The notes: generated by a model not told the origin, from the letters alone. Counted from the stretch's first letter, positions 20,644 to 30,920 are shown. The stretch is DNA of 64,000 nucleotides from Angustibacter luteus (GCF_039541115.1 NZ_BAABFP010000007.1:434001-498000), one strand, 5' to 3'. Numbers and translations: made by a program.

Positions 20644-22638
20644 ATGCCGGTCGAGTCCGTGTTCACCGCGTTGGAGCCGCTGCTCGCGCGCGTGAGCAAG
20701 CCGATCCAGTACGTCGGCGGCGAGCTGAACTCCACCGTCAAGGAGTGGGACGACGTCGACGTGCGCTGGGCGCTCATGTACCCGGACGCCTACGAGGTCG
20801 GCGTGCCGAACCAGGGCACGATGATCCTGTACGAGGTGCTGAACGAGCGGCCCGACGCCCTGGCCGAGCGCACCTACTCCGTGTGGCCGGACCTCGAGGC
20901 CCTGATGCGCGAGCACGGAGTGCCGCAGTTCACGGTGGACGGGCACCGGCCGGTGGGCGCCTTCGACGTGCTCGGCGTCAGCTTCTCGACCGAGCTCGGC
21001 TACACGAACCTGCTGACCGCGCTCGACCTCGCGGGCATCCCGCTGCACGCCGTGGACCGCACGGACGAGCACCCGATCGTGCTGGCCGGCGGGCACGCCG
21101 CGTTCAACCCCGAGCCGATGGCCGACTTCCTGGACGCTGCGGTGGTCGGCGACGGCGAGGAGGCCGTGCTCGCCATCACGGACGTGATCCGCGACTTCAA
21201 GGCGCAGGGCTCGCCCGGTGGCCGCGAGGAGCTGCTGCTGCGCCTGGCCCGCTCGGGCGGGGTCTACGTACCGGCCTTCTACGACGTCGACTACCTGCCG
21301 GACGGCCGCATCCAGCGGGTCGCGCCGAACCGCCCGGGCGTGCCGTGGCGGGTCAGCAAGCACACGGTCATGGACCTGGACGAGTGGCCCTACCCGAAGC
21401 AGCCGCTGGTGCCGCTCGCCGAGAGCGTGCACGAGCGGATGAGCGTCGAGATCTTCCGCGGCTGCACCCGCGGCTGCCGGTTCTGCCAGGCCGGCATGAT
21501 CACCCGGCCGGTGCGCGAGCGCAGCCTGCAGGGCATCGGCGAGATGGTCGAGAAGGGCCTGGCCGCAACGGGTTTCGAGGAGGTCGGGCTGCTGTCGCTG
21601 TCCAGCGCGGACCACTCCGAGATCGCCGAGGTCGCCAAAGGCCTGGCGGACCGCTACGAGGGCACCAACACGGGCCTGTCGCTGCCGTCGACGCGGGTGG
21701 ACGCGTTCAACATCGACCTGGCCAACGAGCTGTCCCGCGGCGGCCGGCGCTCCGGGCTGACCTTCGCCCCCGAGGGTGGCAGCGAGCGGCTGCGCAAGGT
21801 CATCAACAAGATGGTCAGCGAGGACGACCTGATCAACACGGTCTCGGCGGCCTACGCCAGCGGCTGGCGTCAGGTGAAGCTGTACTTCATGTGCGGCCTG
21901 CCGACCGAGACGGACGAGGACGTCCTGCAGATCGGCCAGATGGCCGCCAACGTGATCCGCACCGGCCGCCAGGTCAGCGGGCAGAACGACATCCGCTGCA
22001 CCGTGAGCATCGGTGGCTTCGTCCCCAAGCCGCACACCCCGTTCCAGTGGGCCGCCCAGCTCGGCGCGGAGGAGACGGACGCCCGGCTCGCCCTGCTGCG
22101 GGACGCCGTCCGAGCCGACAAGAAGTACGGCCGGTCCATCGGCTTCCGGTACCACGACGGCAAGCCCGGCATCGTCGAGGGACTGCTGTCCCGCGGCGAC
22201 CGCCGGGTTGGCCGGGTCATCGAGCAGGTCTGGCGGGACGGCGGCCGGTTCGACGGCTGGAGCGAGCACTTCTCCTACCAGCGCTGGATGGCCGCCGCCG
22301 AGACCGCGCTGGCGGACGTGCCGGTGGACGTCGCCTGGTACACCACCCGGGAGCGCGAGTTCTCCGAGGTGCTGCCCTGGGACCACCTGGACTCCGGCCT
22401 CGACAAGGACTGGCTCTGGGAGGACTGGCAGGACTCGCTGTCCGAGGTCGAGGTGGAGGACTGCCGCTGGACGCCGTGCTTCGACTGCGGCGTGTGCCCG
22501 CAGATGGGCACCGACATCCAGGTCGGGCCCACCGGCAAGGCGCTGCTGCCCCTCACCGTGACCGGCAACGGTGCGACGGGTGGAGGACGTCAGCGGCTCG
22601 CCGCCAGCGCGTCGTCCGCCGGCGGGCACGAGCACTAG
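20644..22638 (+). CDS. TIGR03960 family B12-binding radical SAM protein
   Basis: KPIQYVGGE, YPDAYEVG, CxxxCxxC (CTRGCRFC), FVPKPHTPFQW, C-terminal CRWTPCFDCGVC. Confidence 0.92.
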   Translation: MPVESVFTALEPLLARVSKPIQYVGGELNSTVKEWDDVDVRWALMYPDAYEVGVPNQGTMILYEVLNERPDALAERTYSVWPDLEALMREHGVPQFTVDGHRPVGAFDVLGVSFSTELGYTNLLTALDLAGIPLHAVDRTDEHPIVLAGGHAAFNPEPMADFLDAAVVGDGEEAVLAITDVIRDFKAQGSPGGREELLLRLARSGGVYVPAFYDVDYLPDGRIQRVAPNRPGVPWRVSKHTVMDLDEWPYPKQPLVPLAESVHERMSVEIFRGCTRGCRFCQAGMITRPVRERSLQGIGEMVEKGLAATGFEEVGLLSLSSADHSEIAEVAKGLADRYEGTNTGLSLPSTRVDAFNIDLANELSRGGRRSGLTFAPEGGSERLRKVINKMVSEDDLINTVSAAYASGWRQVKLYFMCGLPTETDEDVLQIGQMAANVIRTGRQVSGQNDIRCTVSIGGFVPKPHTPFQWAAQLGAEETDARLALLRDAVRADKKYGRSIGFRYHDGKPGIVEGLLSRGDRRVGRVIEQVWRDGGRFDGWSEHFSYQRWMAAAETALADVPVDVAWYTTREREFSEVLPWDHLDSGLDKDWLWEDWQDSLSEVEVEDCRWTPCFDCGVCPQMGTDIQVGPTGKALLPLTVTGNGATGGGRQRLAASASSAGGHEH

Positions 22639-22640
22639 CC

Positions 22641-23369
22641 GTGGCTCGCCAGCCGGACGGGCCGCCGCCGCCGCCCGTCGTCCAGAAGCTGCGCCTGCAG
22701 TACGCCAAGCGCGGCCGCCTGCGGTTCAGCAGCCACCGTGACTTCCAGCGCGCCCTCGAGCGCGCGCTGCGGCGGGCCGACGTCCCGATGGCCTACTCCG
22801 CGGGCTTCCACCCGCACCCCAAGATCTCGTTCGCGAACGCCGCCCCTACGGGCACCGCCAGTGAGGCCGAGTACGTGGAGCTGTCGCTGGCCGAGCGCTG
22901 CGACCCCTTGGCCGTGCGCCAGGCACTGGACGAGTCACTGCCCGACGGGCTGGACGTCGTCCAGGTCGTGGAGGCCGCTCCCGGCGCGCTCGCGGACCGG
23001 CTCGAGGCCAGCGAGTGGCTGGTGGTGCTGCCGGGCACCGACGGGGCTGCCGTGACGGCTGCGGTCGCCACGTTCCTCGCGGCCGAGCAGCTGGACGTCG
23101 AGCGGCTGACCAAGAACGGCCCGCGCAGCCTGGACGCCCGGGGGCCGGTCGTCAGCCTCGAGGTCGAGGCCCCCGCCGAGGCGCCCGCCGAACCGACGCT
23201 GCGGCTGGTGGTGCGGCACGTCACCCCGACCGTGCGTCCCCAGGAGGTGCTGGTCGCCCTGGCATCGCTCGGGTTGGTGGCCGACCAGGCGCCGCAGGCC
23301 ACCAGGCTGCGGCAGGGTCCGCTCCGCGACGGTGTCGTCGGCGACCCGCTGGCCGTCGCCGCCTCGTGA
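22641..23369 (+). CDS. TIGR03936 / DUF2344 radical SAM-associated protein
   Basis: YAKRGRLRFSSHRDF..A.ERALRR...P.AYSAGF.PHP signature. Confidence 0.9.
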   Translation: MARQPDGPPPPPVVQKLRLQYAKRGRLRFSSHRDFQRALERALRRADVPMAYSAGFHPHPKISFANAAPTGTASEAEYVELSLAERCDPLAVRQALDESLPDGLDVVQVVEAAPGALADRLEASEWLVVLPGTDGAAVTAAVATFLAAEQLDVERLTKNGPRSLDARGPVVSLEVEAPAEAPAEPTLRLVVRHVTPTVRPQEVLVALASLGLVADQAPQATRLRQGPLRDGVVGDPLAVAAS

Positions 23370-23716
23370 GCGTTCCGGGGCCCGTGTGCGATACTGAGCG
23401 TGGTCGAACGACAGCCACACCTGTCGCTCGCCCCGACGATCTTTCCGCCGCGCTCGCGCGGTGGCTGACCCGGCGCAGCGGTCACCATCCCAGGTGACTC
23501 TGCCTGAGGGGCCGCCGCACGGCCGAGCACTGGACCGGTAGCTCGGTCCTGGTGGGTACCTCGCCGGCGTTCGGCAGCACACGCGCGAACCGCGCGAACT
23601 GCTGGGCGCAAACACCACGACTTCCGTCGTGACCGCACCCGCGGCGCGACGACGCGACCCGCCCCGTGCGGCGCCGGAAAGTGTGGACGGCGCCCGGGGC
23701 CGACGGGAGTACCCGG

Positions 23717-26700
23717 ATGAGCGAGACCACACCTGAGCAGAACGCAGGCGCAGCGGACGACGGCGCGGGCGGCGCGCCCGACGCGCCCACCGCCAAGAAG
23801 GCGGCGCGCAAGCGCGCACCGCGCAAGAAGGCCACCGCGCCGGCCCAGCCCCCGGCGAGCGCGCCGACCCTGGACGTCGACGTCCAGGCCGACGCGCCGG
23901 CCGACGCACCGGCCGACGCACCGGCCGACGCACCGACGGACGCCCCCAGCGACGCCGAGCAGCCCGCCACCCCGGTGAAGAGGGCCGCGCGCAAGCGCAC
24001 GGCGAAGGCGACGGCCGCCAGCGCGCCCGCGTCCGAGGTTCCGGGCGACGCCCCGGCAGGAGCCACCGCCGCTGAGCCGGCCGCCGAGCCGTCCGCCGAG
24101 CCCGCGAAGAAGACCGCGAAGAAGGCGGCCAAGCGGACCAGCAAGAAGGCCGCGAAGGCGACCCAGCCGGCCGCCGAGCTCGCGCCGACGCAGGACGAGG
24201 CCGTCGCCCTCGTCGAGCCGGACGAGACCGACGAGACCGACGAGACCGATGAGTCGGCCGAGGCCGAGGCGGCTGCCGCGGTGGCCGCGACCGCCGGGTT
24301 CGGTGGGTTGCTGTTCCAGGCGCCGGACCCGTCCGCCGCACCCGCCCCGCGCTCTCGTCGACGGGCCTCGTCCCCGGCTGGCCCGCCGACCAGCCACCCC
24401 ACCATCGAGACCGAGTCCGGCCCGGCGACTCCGGCGACTCCGGCGACTCCGACCGGCCCGGGCGGGGCCCCGGCTGGCGACCCCGCCCAGCATGTCGCCA
24501 TCGAGGACGAAGCCGAGGCGGAGCGTCCCGAGGGTGACGAGACGGGCGCGGGTCAGCAGGGCGACGACACCAGCGAGGGCGGCGGTCAGCGCAAGCGCCG
24601 CCGTCGTGGTGGCCGCGGACGCCGTGGCCGCACCGAGGGCGGCGACGCCGACGGTTCGGGTCAGTCGGGTGCGCCCGAGGCCGGCCAGGACGGCTCGACC
24701 GCCGACGCCCCCGACCCGGCGGAGAAGTCGGGCCGCAAGGCTCCCGCCAAGGACGCTGAGAAGGACGCCGACAAGGACGCCGAGGACACCTCGAACGGAC
24801 CGGCGGACGGTGACAGCGAGGACTCCGACGAGGAGGGCGGCTCGGCCTCCAGCCGTCGACGCCGTCGTCGTCGCCGTCGCGCCGGCTCTGGGGACGACGC
24901 CACGGACGACCCGCCGGGCACCGTGACCAAGGTGCGCCAGCCGCGCACCTCGGACGACCAGGTCGCCTCGGTCAAGGGCTCGACCCGTCTCGAGGCCAAG
25001 AAGCAGCGTCGCCGGGACGGTCGCGAGGCCGGTCGCCGCAAGCCCGTGATCACCGAGTCCGAGTTCCTCGCCCGCCGCGAGAGCGTCGACCGCACCATGA
25101 TCGTGCGCGAGCGCGCCGGTCGCACCCAGATCGCCGTGCTCGAGGACGAGGTGCTCGTCGAGCACTACGTGGCCAACGAGACCAACGCGTCGATGATCGG
25201 CAACGTCTACCTCGGCCGGGTGCAGAACGTGCTGCCCAGCATGGAGGCCGCGTTCATCGACATCGGCAAGGGCCGCAACGCCGTGCTGTACGCCGGTGAG
25301 GTCAACTGGGACGCCGCCGGCCTCGAGGGCCAGCCCCGGCGCATCGAGGTCGCGCTGAAGTCCGGCGACTCGGTGCTCGTGCAGGTCACCAAGGACCCGA
25401 TGGGTCACAAGGGTGCCCGGCTCACCAGCCAGATCTCGCTGCCCGGCCGCTACCTCGTGTACGTGCCGAACAGCTCGATGACCGGCATCTCGCGCAAGCT
25501 GCCCGACACCGAGCGGGCTCGTCTCAAGAAGATCCTCAAGGCCGTCGTCCCCGAGCAGGCCGGCGTCATCGTGCGCACCGCCGCCGAGGGCGCCAGCGAG
25601 GCGGAGCTGCAGCGTGACGTCGAGCGGCTGACCGCGCAGTGGGAGGCCATCGAGAAGAAGTCGAAGTCGTCGGCGGGCGGGTCCGCGCCGAAGCTGCTGC
25701 ACGGCGAGCCTGACCTCACGGTCCGGGTCATCCGCGACGTCTTCAACGAGGACTTCAACAAGCTCGTGGTCAGCGGTGCTTCGGCCTGGGACGTCGTCCA
25801 GCCGTACGTCGACTCCGTCGCCGCCGACCTCGCCGAGCGGGTGTCGAAGTGGACGTCGGAGGACGACGTGTTCGCGGCCCACCGCGTGGACGAGCAGCTC
25901 GCGAAGGCGATGGACCGCAAGGTCTGGCTGCCGAGCGGCGGCTCCCTGGTGATCGACCGGACCGAGGCCATGACCGTGGTCGACGTCAACACCGGCAAGT
26001 TCACCGGCGCCGGCGGCAACCTCGAGGAGACCGTCACCCGCAACAACCTGGAGGCAGCGGAGGAGATCGTCCGCCAGCTCCGGCTGCGAGACATCGGCGG
26101 CATCATCGTCGTGGACTTCATCGACATGGTGCTCGAGTCCAACCGCGACCTCGTCCTGCGCCGTCTGCTGGAGTGCCTGGGCCGCGACCGCACCAAGCAC
26201 CAGGTCGCCGAGGTCACCTCGCTGGGTCTGGTGCAGATGACCCGCAAGCGCGTCGGACAGGGCCTGCTCGAGGTGTTCAGCGAGTCGTGCGAGCACTGCA
26301 ACGGCCGCGGCATCATCGTGCACGCCGACCCCGTGCAGTCCAAGAGCAACGGCAGCAAGGGCGGCGGTGAGTCCGACAAGGGCGACAGCGGTCGCGGGGA
26401 CAGCGGCCGCGGTGACAGCGGTCGGGGGGAGAGCGGGAAGGGTGACGCGAACCGCGGCGCCAAGGGTGAGGGTTCCGGCCGCTCGCGCCGCGGTCGGGGC
26501 AAGGGCCAGGACGCCGAGCCCGCCGCACCGGCCCAGCCGCCGGCGCCGCCCCGCCAGCCGATCCCGGCCGGACTCGTCGCCTCGCTCGCACACCACCACG
26601 ACCACGAGCACCCCGAAGGTGAGCAGGTCGAGGCCCAGGCTGCCGAGGCGCAGCCTGCCGAGGCGCAGCCCGACGCACAGCCTGCCGAGGCCCAGCCTGC

Positions 26701-26869
26701 GGACGTCCAGGCCGTTGAGACGGAGGGGCAGTCTGCCGAGCAGTTTCCGGTGGCTGAAGAGACTCCGGTGGCCGAGGCGCCGGTGACGCAGGCTCCTGTG
26801 GCGAAGGCCCCCCGGCGGCGTCGTCGGGCGTCCGCTCCGGCCGGTCCGCCGGTCGCGACCACCGACTGA
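23717..26869 (+). CDS. rne: Ribonuclease E (Rne/Rng family) with long disordered N- and C-terminal extensions
   Basis: GNVYLGRVQNVLPSMEAAFIDIG, VQVTKDP.GHKGARLT, DVNTGKF, LRDIGGIIVVDFIDM, Zn-link CEHC. Confidence 0.96.
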   Translation: MSETTPEQNAGAADDGAGGAPDAPTAKKAARKRAPRKKATAPAQPPASAPTLDVDVQADAPADAPADAPADAPTDAPSDAEQPATPVKRAARKRTAKATAASAPASEVPGDAPAGATAAEPAAEPSAEPAKKTAKKAAKRTSKKAAKATQPAAELAPTQDEAVALVEPDETDETDETDESAEAEAAAAVAATAGFGGLLFQAPDPSAAPAPRSRRRASSPAGPPTSHPTIETESGPATPATPATPTGPGGAPAGDPAQHVAIEDEAEAERPEGDETGAGQQGDDTSEGGGQRKRRRRGGRGRRGRTEGGDADGSGQSGAPEAGQDGSTADAPDPAEKSGRKAPAKDAEKDADKDAEDTSNGPADGDSEDSDEEGGSASSRRRRRRRRRAGSGDDATDDPPGTVTKVRQPRTSDDQVASVKGSTRLEAKKQRRRDGREAGRRKPVITESEFLARRESVDRTMIVRERAGRTQIAVLEDEVLVEHYVANETNASMIGNVYLGRVQNVLPSMEAAFIDIGKGRNAVLYAGEVNWDAAGLEGQPRRIEVALKSGDSVLVQVTKDPMGHKGARLTSQISLPGRYLVYVPNSSMTGISRKLPDTERARLKKILKAVVPEQAGVIVRTAAEGASEAELQRDVERLTAQWEAIEKKSKSSAGGSAPKLLHGEPDLTVRVIRDVFNEDFNKLVVSGASAWDVVQPYVDSVAADLAERVSKWTSEDDVFAAHRVDEQLAKAMDRKVWLPSGGSLVIDRTEAMTVVDVNTGKFTGAGGNLEETVTRNNLEAAEEIVRQLRLRDIGGIIVVDFIDMVLESNRDLVLRRLLECLGRDRTKHQVAEVTSLGLVQMTRKRVGQGLLEVFSESCEHCNGRGIIVHADPVQSKSNGSKGGGESDKGDSGRGDSGRGDSGRGESGKGDANRGAKGEGSGRSRRGRGKGQDAEPAAPAQPPAPPRQPIPAGLVASLAHHHDHEHPEGEQVEAQAAEAQPAEAQPDAQPAEAQPADVQAVETEGQSAEQFPVAEETPVAEAPVTQAPVAKAPRRRRRASAPAGPPVATTD

Positions 26870-26880
26870 AGCGGTCCACC

Positions 26881-26932
26881 CAAGATCGCGGTGAGCACGC
26901 GCCCCCTGTGGCGCGTGCTCGCCGCGATCTTG
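26881..26932. repeat. 23-bp-stem palindrome after rne (terminator or REP-like)
   Basis: CAAGATCGCGGTGAGCACGCGCC-ccctgt-GGCGCGTGCTCGCCGCGATCTTG. Confidence 0.8.
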
Positions 26933-27073
26933 CGCGTTGCGCCACAGGGAAGATCCTTCGCGGATCCCGCTATTGGGATCTCTTGCACGCAAGCCTCCAT
27001 AGTGTAACTATTCGGGCGGTTCGACCGTTCCGGGACCCACCCGGCGCGGAGACCTTCTCGAATGGGGGCGGGC

Positions 27074-29998
27074 ATGAGGCCTGCAGTTCGGCATCGCAGC
27101 ACGATCCTCGTGGCGACGGGAGCGTTGGCCGTCAGCACGGTCCTCGTCCCCGGCGTCGCGGCCGCAGCAGGTTCTCCCGGGCCCGCGTCGCCCTTGTCCA
27201 GCGGCGCCTCGACCGCGCTGGGCAAGGCGGCTTCGGACGGTGACGTCGACGTCCGCGTGCCGAGCACCCGCGTCCAGCGCAACGTCGCCACCCAGCGCGA
27301 GGCCAAGGCCGCTGCCCGCACGGACGTCAAGAAGCTCCGCTCGTCGCTGGGCGGTCAGGGCGTCCTGGATGTCGACGCCCTGACCGGCACACCGCGCCAG
27401 GTGACCAAGGTCGACGGCTTCCTGACCGGCCCGAGCCGGACCGCGGCCAAGGACGTCGCGCTGGGCTACGTGCGCACCAACTCGGGCGTCTTCCGGCTCT
27501 CCGCGGCCGACCTCGAGCACCTGACCCTGACCCGGGACTACGTCGACGTCGCCGGCACCCACCACCTGACCTGGCAGCAGACCGCCGGTGGCCTTAGCCT
27601 GTTCGGCAACGGGCTGAAGGCGAACGTCGCCAAGGACGGTCGACTGATCAGCGTCCTCGGCTCCCCGGTCCCCGGCCTGTCCGCCCCGGCCACGCTCTCC
27701 GGCCCGGACCTGGCCAGCGCCAGGTCGGCCATCGGATCCGCCCGCAAGGACCTCGGTGAGCGCTCGCTGACCCCGGCCAAGGGCGACGAGGCGACCCCGG
27801 TGCTCTTCCAGTCACCGGGCGGCACGCGCCGGGCCTGGCAGGTCGTGACCATGGGCGCGGACAGGCCGTCCCTGCACGTCCTGGACGCCGAGACCGGGCG
27901 CACGCTGTACCGGATCTCGCTCAGCTCGGACGCCAACGCGCCCGCTGCCAAGGCGAAGCCGGCCACCGCCCTGGTGTTCGAGAACTACCCGGGCGCCCCG
28001 AAGGGCGGGACGGCCAAGAAGGTCGACCTCAGCGCTCCCGGCTGGCTCGCCGCCGGGTCGGTGTCGCTGTTCGGCAACAACGCGCACACCTACACCGACG
28101 TGAACGACGACAACGCGGCCGGCGCGGCGGAAGAGGTCACCACGCAGGGCGCGAACAGCTTCCAGTTCCCGCTGGTCCGCGCGTTCCCGGCGGACGAGCC
28201 GCCGTGCACCTCGTGGATCTGCACCTGGGACCCGGGCACGGCGCGTTCGTGGGCGGCCAACCGGCAGCGCACGGCGACGAACAACTTCTTCCTGGTGAAC
28301 AAGTACCACGACCACCTGGCGGCCAAGCCGATCGGCTTCACCGAGGCGGCCGGCAACTTCCAGCTGGTCAACAAGAGCGGCCAGGGCCAGGGCGGGGACC
28401 CGGTGCTCGACGAGCCGCTGGACGGCGCGTCCACGGCCGCCGGCCTGCCGGACGCCGACCACATCGACAACGCCAACATGAGCACCCCGCCGGACGGGCA
28501 GTCCCCGCGGATGCAGATGTACCTGTTCCACGAGCCCGGCACCAGCTACCCGGACGAGGACCCGTTCATCGCGGTCAGCGGCGCGGACGAGGCCGACATC
28601 GTGTTCCACGAGTACACCCACGGCCTGTCCAACCGACTGGTCACCGACACCTCGGGCGCCGGTGCGCTGAACTCGGCGCAGTCCGGGGCGATGGGTGAGG
28701 CGTGGTCCGACTGGTACGCGTTCGACCTGCTGAACAACGAGGGACTGGCCAAGGACACCGCCAAGCCGGGCGAGGTCCGGGTCGGCGACTACGTCGGCAC
28801 CGGCAACGACCTGATCCGCACCCAGCCGCTGGACTGCCCGGTGGGCGTCGTCGACGCCGCGTGCCCGGGCCGGCCGAACGCCGGAGCCGGCGGCTACACC
28901 TACGGCGACATGGGCCACATCAGCAGCCGCGGCGCCGAGGTGCACGCGGACGGCGAGATCTGGGGCGAGACGTTGTGGGACATCCGCACCGCCCTCGGCA
29001 GCAAGCTCACCGAGTCGCTGGTGACCCGCGGGATGGAGCTGTCGCCCCCCGAGCCCTCGATGCTCGACATGCGCAACTCGATCCTGCAGGCCGACCTGGT
29101 GCTGCACAACGGGAGCCACGCCAAGAAGCTCTGGAAGCTGTTCGCCACCCGTGGCATGGGCTACTTCGCGGGGACGACGAGTGCCAACGACACCGCTCCC
29201 GTCGAGGACTTCCAGGTCCCGCCGACGGGCACGCCGAACGCCAGCCTGAACGGCGTCGTCACCTCCGCGGGCCAGGGCACCCCCGTCCAGGGCGCGACGG
29301 TCGTCTTCGGCGGCCACGCCTCCGGCTTCGCCGGCGACCTCGCGGCCACGACGGACGCCACGGGTCACTACACGATCACCGGGTTCTTCCCGGGTCGCTA
29401 CCCCGACGTGATCGCCGGCGGCCCCGGCTACCTGCCGCAGGTCAAGACGCTGTCGCTGCACCAGGGTCCGAACACGCAGAACTGGGCCGTGGTCCGCAAC
29501 TGGGCCCAGTCGAGCGGCGGGGCGAGCATCACCGAGACCAACGACGACACGGGCGCACCGTTCGGGTGCGGGGCCGCGGCGCTGATCGACGGTTCGCAGG
29601 GCGTCGGCTGGTCCGCGTTCCTGCCCGAGGCCGGTCAGGACGTGCACGCCGTCGTCCAGCTGCCGGCGTCGGTCAACGTGTCGTCCGTGCAGGTCGACCC
29701 GTCCGGCACCTGTGGTGACGACATCTCGGCATCGACGGGTGACTACCGGTTCGAGACCTCCACCGACGGCACCACGTGGACGGTCGCGGCCACGGGTCAC
29801 TTCACGCCGGCGCAGATCCACACGCTGGCCACCGTCCCGCTCACGGCGGGGTCGACGTCCGGCGTGCGGTACGTGCGGCTGGTGCTGCTCGGCACCCAGA
29901 CCGGCGACTTCGGGGTCAACTGCACCACCGTGGTCACCTCGGGCTGCGTCTTCATCGACGCCTCTGAGCTGGTCGTGCAGGGCGTGCCGGCCGCCTAG
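27074..29998 (+). CDS. Secreted M36 (fungalysin-family) metallopeptidase with C-terminal beta-rich accessory domains
   Basis: Signal peptide, propeptide region, GFTEAAGNFQ, NANMSTPPDG.SPRMQMY, HEYTHGLSNRL, MGEAWSD, EVHADGEIW. Start 27062 or 27074. Confidence 0.9.
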   Translation: MRPAVRHRSTILVATGALAVSTVLVPGVAAAAGSPGPASPLSSGASTALGKAASDGDVDVRVPSTRVQRNVATQREAKAAARTDVKKLRSSLGGQGVLDVDALTGTPRQVTKVDGFLTGPSRTAAKDVALGYVRTNSGVFRLSAADLEHLTLTRDYVDVAGTHHLTWQQTAGGLSLFGNGLKANVAKDGRLISVLGSPVPGLSAPATLSGPDLASARSAIGSARKDLGERSLTPAKGDEATPVLFQSPGGTRRAWQVVTMGADRPSLHVLDAETGRTLYRISLSSDANAPAAKAKPATALVFENYPGAPKGGTAKKVDLSAPGWLAAGSVSLFGNNAHTYTDVNDDNAAGAAEEVTTQGANSFQFPLVRAFPADEPPCTSWICTWDPGTARSWAANRQRTATNNFFLVNKYHDHLAAKPIGFTEAAGNFQLVNKSGQGQGGDPVLDEPLDGASTAAGLPDADHIDNANMSTPPDGQSPRMQMYLFHEPGTSYPDEDPFIAVSGADEADIVFHEYTHGLSNRLVTDTSGAGALNSAQSGAMGEAWSDWYAFDLLNNEGLAKDTAKPGEVRVGDYVGTGNDLIRTQPLDCPVGVVDAACPGRPNAGAGGYTYGDMGHISSRGAEVHADGEIWGETLWDIRTALGSKLTESLVTRGMELSPPEPSMLDMRNSILQADLVLHNGSHAKKLWKLFATRGMGYFAGTTSANDTAPVEDFQVPPTGTPNASLNGVVTSAGQGTPVQGATVVFGGHASGFAGDLAATTDATGHYTITGFFPGRYPDVIAGGPGYLPQVKTLSLHQGPNTQNWAVVRNWAQSSGGASITETNDDTGAPFGCGAAALIDGSQGVGWSAFLPEAGQDVHAVVQLPASVNVSSVQVDPSGTCGDDISASTGDYRFETSTDGTTWTVAATGHFTPAQIHTLATVPLTAGSTSGVRYVRLVLLGTQTGDFGVNCTTVVTSGCVFIDASELVVQGVPAA

Positions 29999-30016
29999 CG
30001 GCCACGCGAGGACCAG

Positions 30017-30054
30017 CGGGGCGTGCCCGGCGCGAGAGCGTCAGGCACGCCCCG
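30017..30054. terminator. Hairpin between convergent M36 and LigD-PE genes
   Basis: CGGGGCGTGCC...GGCACGCCCCG. Confidence 0.6.
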
Positions 30055-30394
30055 GCTGGTCCTTGGTCAGGTGCATCAACCAGTCGTCGCCCGTGTGGAT
30101 CAGGGCGTAGCGGCGCTCGTCCCGCTGACCGTGCAGGACCAGCACGATGCGTCGCTCGTCGCGCGACTCCTGCTCCCACCAGCCGGTGTCGGCGATGGAC
30201 TTGTCGGCGTCGGTGTACGTCAGGTGGTCCATGTCGTGGTCCGGGACGGCGACCGCCAACCGGTTCTTGGACGGCGAGTCCGGCAGGCCGCGGGGCAGCG
30301 CCCAGGAGCGCAGCACGCCGCCCTCCTCGAGCCGCAGGTCGAAGTGGTGGCGCGGCTTGTGGTGCTCGTGCAGCACGAAAGCGGGTCGGTCCAC
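30041..30394 (-). CDS. Stand-alone LigD 3'-phosphoesterase (DNA end-healing) domain protein
   Basis: FVLHEH....[18 protein letters not shown]......RLAV.V.DH......Y. Confidence 0.85.
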   Translation of the reverse strand: MDRPAFVLHEHHKPRHHFDLRLEEGGVLRSWALPRGLPDSPSKNRLAVAVPDHDMDHLTYTDADKSIADTGWWEQESRDERRIVLVLHGQRDERRYALIHTGDDWLMHLTKDQPGRA

Positions 30395-30468
30395 CCGCCC
30401 AGCCTGCCCGTTCAGCGCCGCGCGCGCCCGTCCTCGTCACCCTCGCGCAGGGGTGCTCGGTGGCCGGT

Positions 30469-30499
30469 TTGACCCGGACCCGGGGCCTCGCGGTATCCT
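30469..30499 (+). promoter_or_regulatory. Housekeeping promoter of rplU-rpmA
   Basis: TTGACC at 30469-30474 and TATCCT at 30494-30499; the 19-nt spacer is slightly long. Confidence 0.55.
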
Positions 30500-30611
30500 G
30501 AGTGGTCGGCGCGCCACGTGCGCGCCTCCCCGAGCGTGTGCCAGTGCGACCCCGGTCGCTGCCGGTTGGTCGTGCCCGGTCCCCCCGAACGACGAGAGAA
30601 GTGAGCTTCAG

Positions 30612-30920
30612 GTGTACGCGATCGTCCGCGCTGGCGGCCGTCAGGAGAAGGTGTCCGTCGGCGACATTCTGGTCATCGACAAGATCGAGGGCAAGGCTGG
30701 TGACACCCTCGAGCTCGCCCCGCTCCTCCTCGTCGACGGCGCGACCGTGACCACCGACGCCAAGAAGCTGGCCAAGGTCAAGGTCACCGCCGAGTTCGTG
30801 CGGGCCGAGAAGGGCCCGAAGATCACGATCATGAAGTTCAAGAACAAGACCGGGTACCGCAAGCGCCAGGGTCACCGCCAGAAGCTCACCCGCGTCAAGG
30901 TCACCGGCATCGAGGCCTGA
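30612..30920 (+). CDS. rplU: 50S ribosomal protein L21
   Basis: [14 protein letters not shown]...[16 protein letters not shown]. Confidence 0.98.
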   Translation: MYAIVRAGGRQEKVSVGDILVIDKIEGKAGDTLELAPLLLVDGATVTTDAKKLAKVKVTAEFVRAEKGPKITIMKFKNKTGYRKRQGHRQKLTRVKVTGIEA

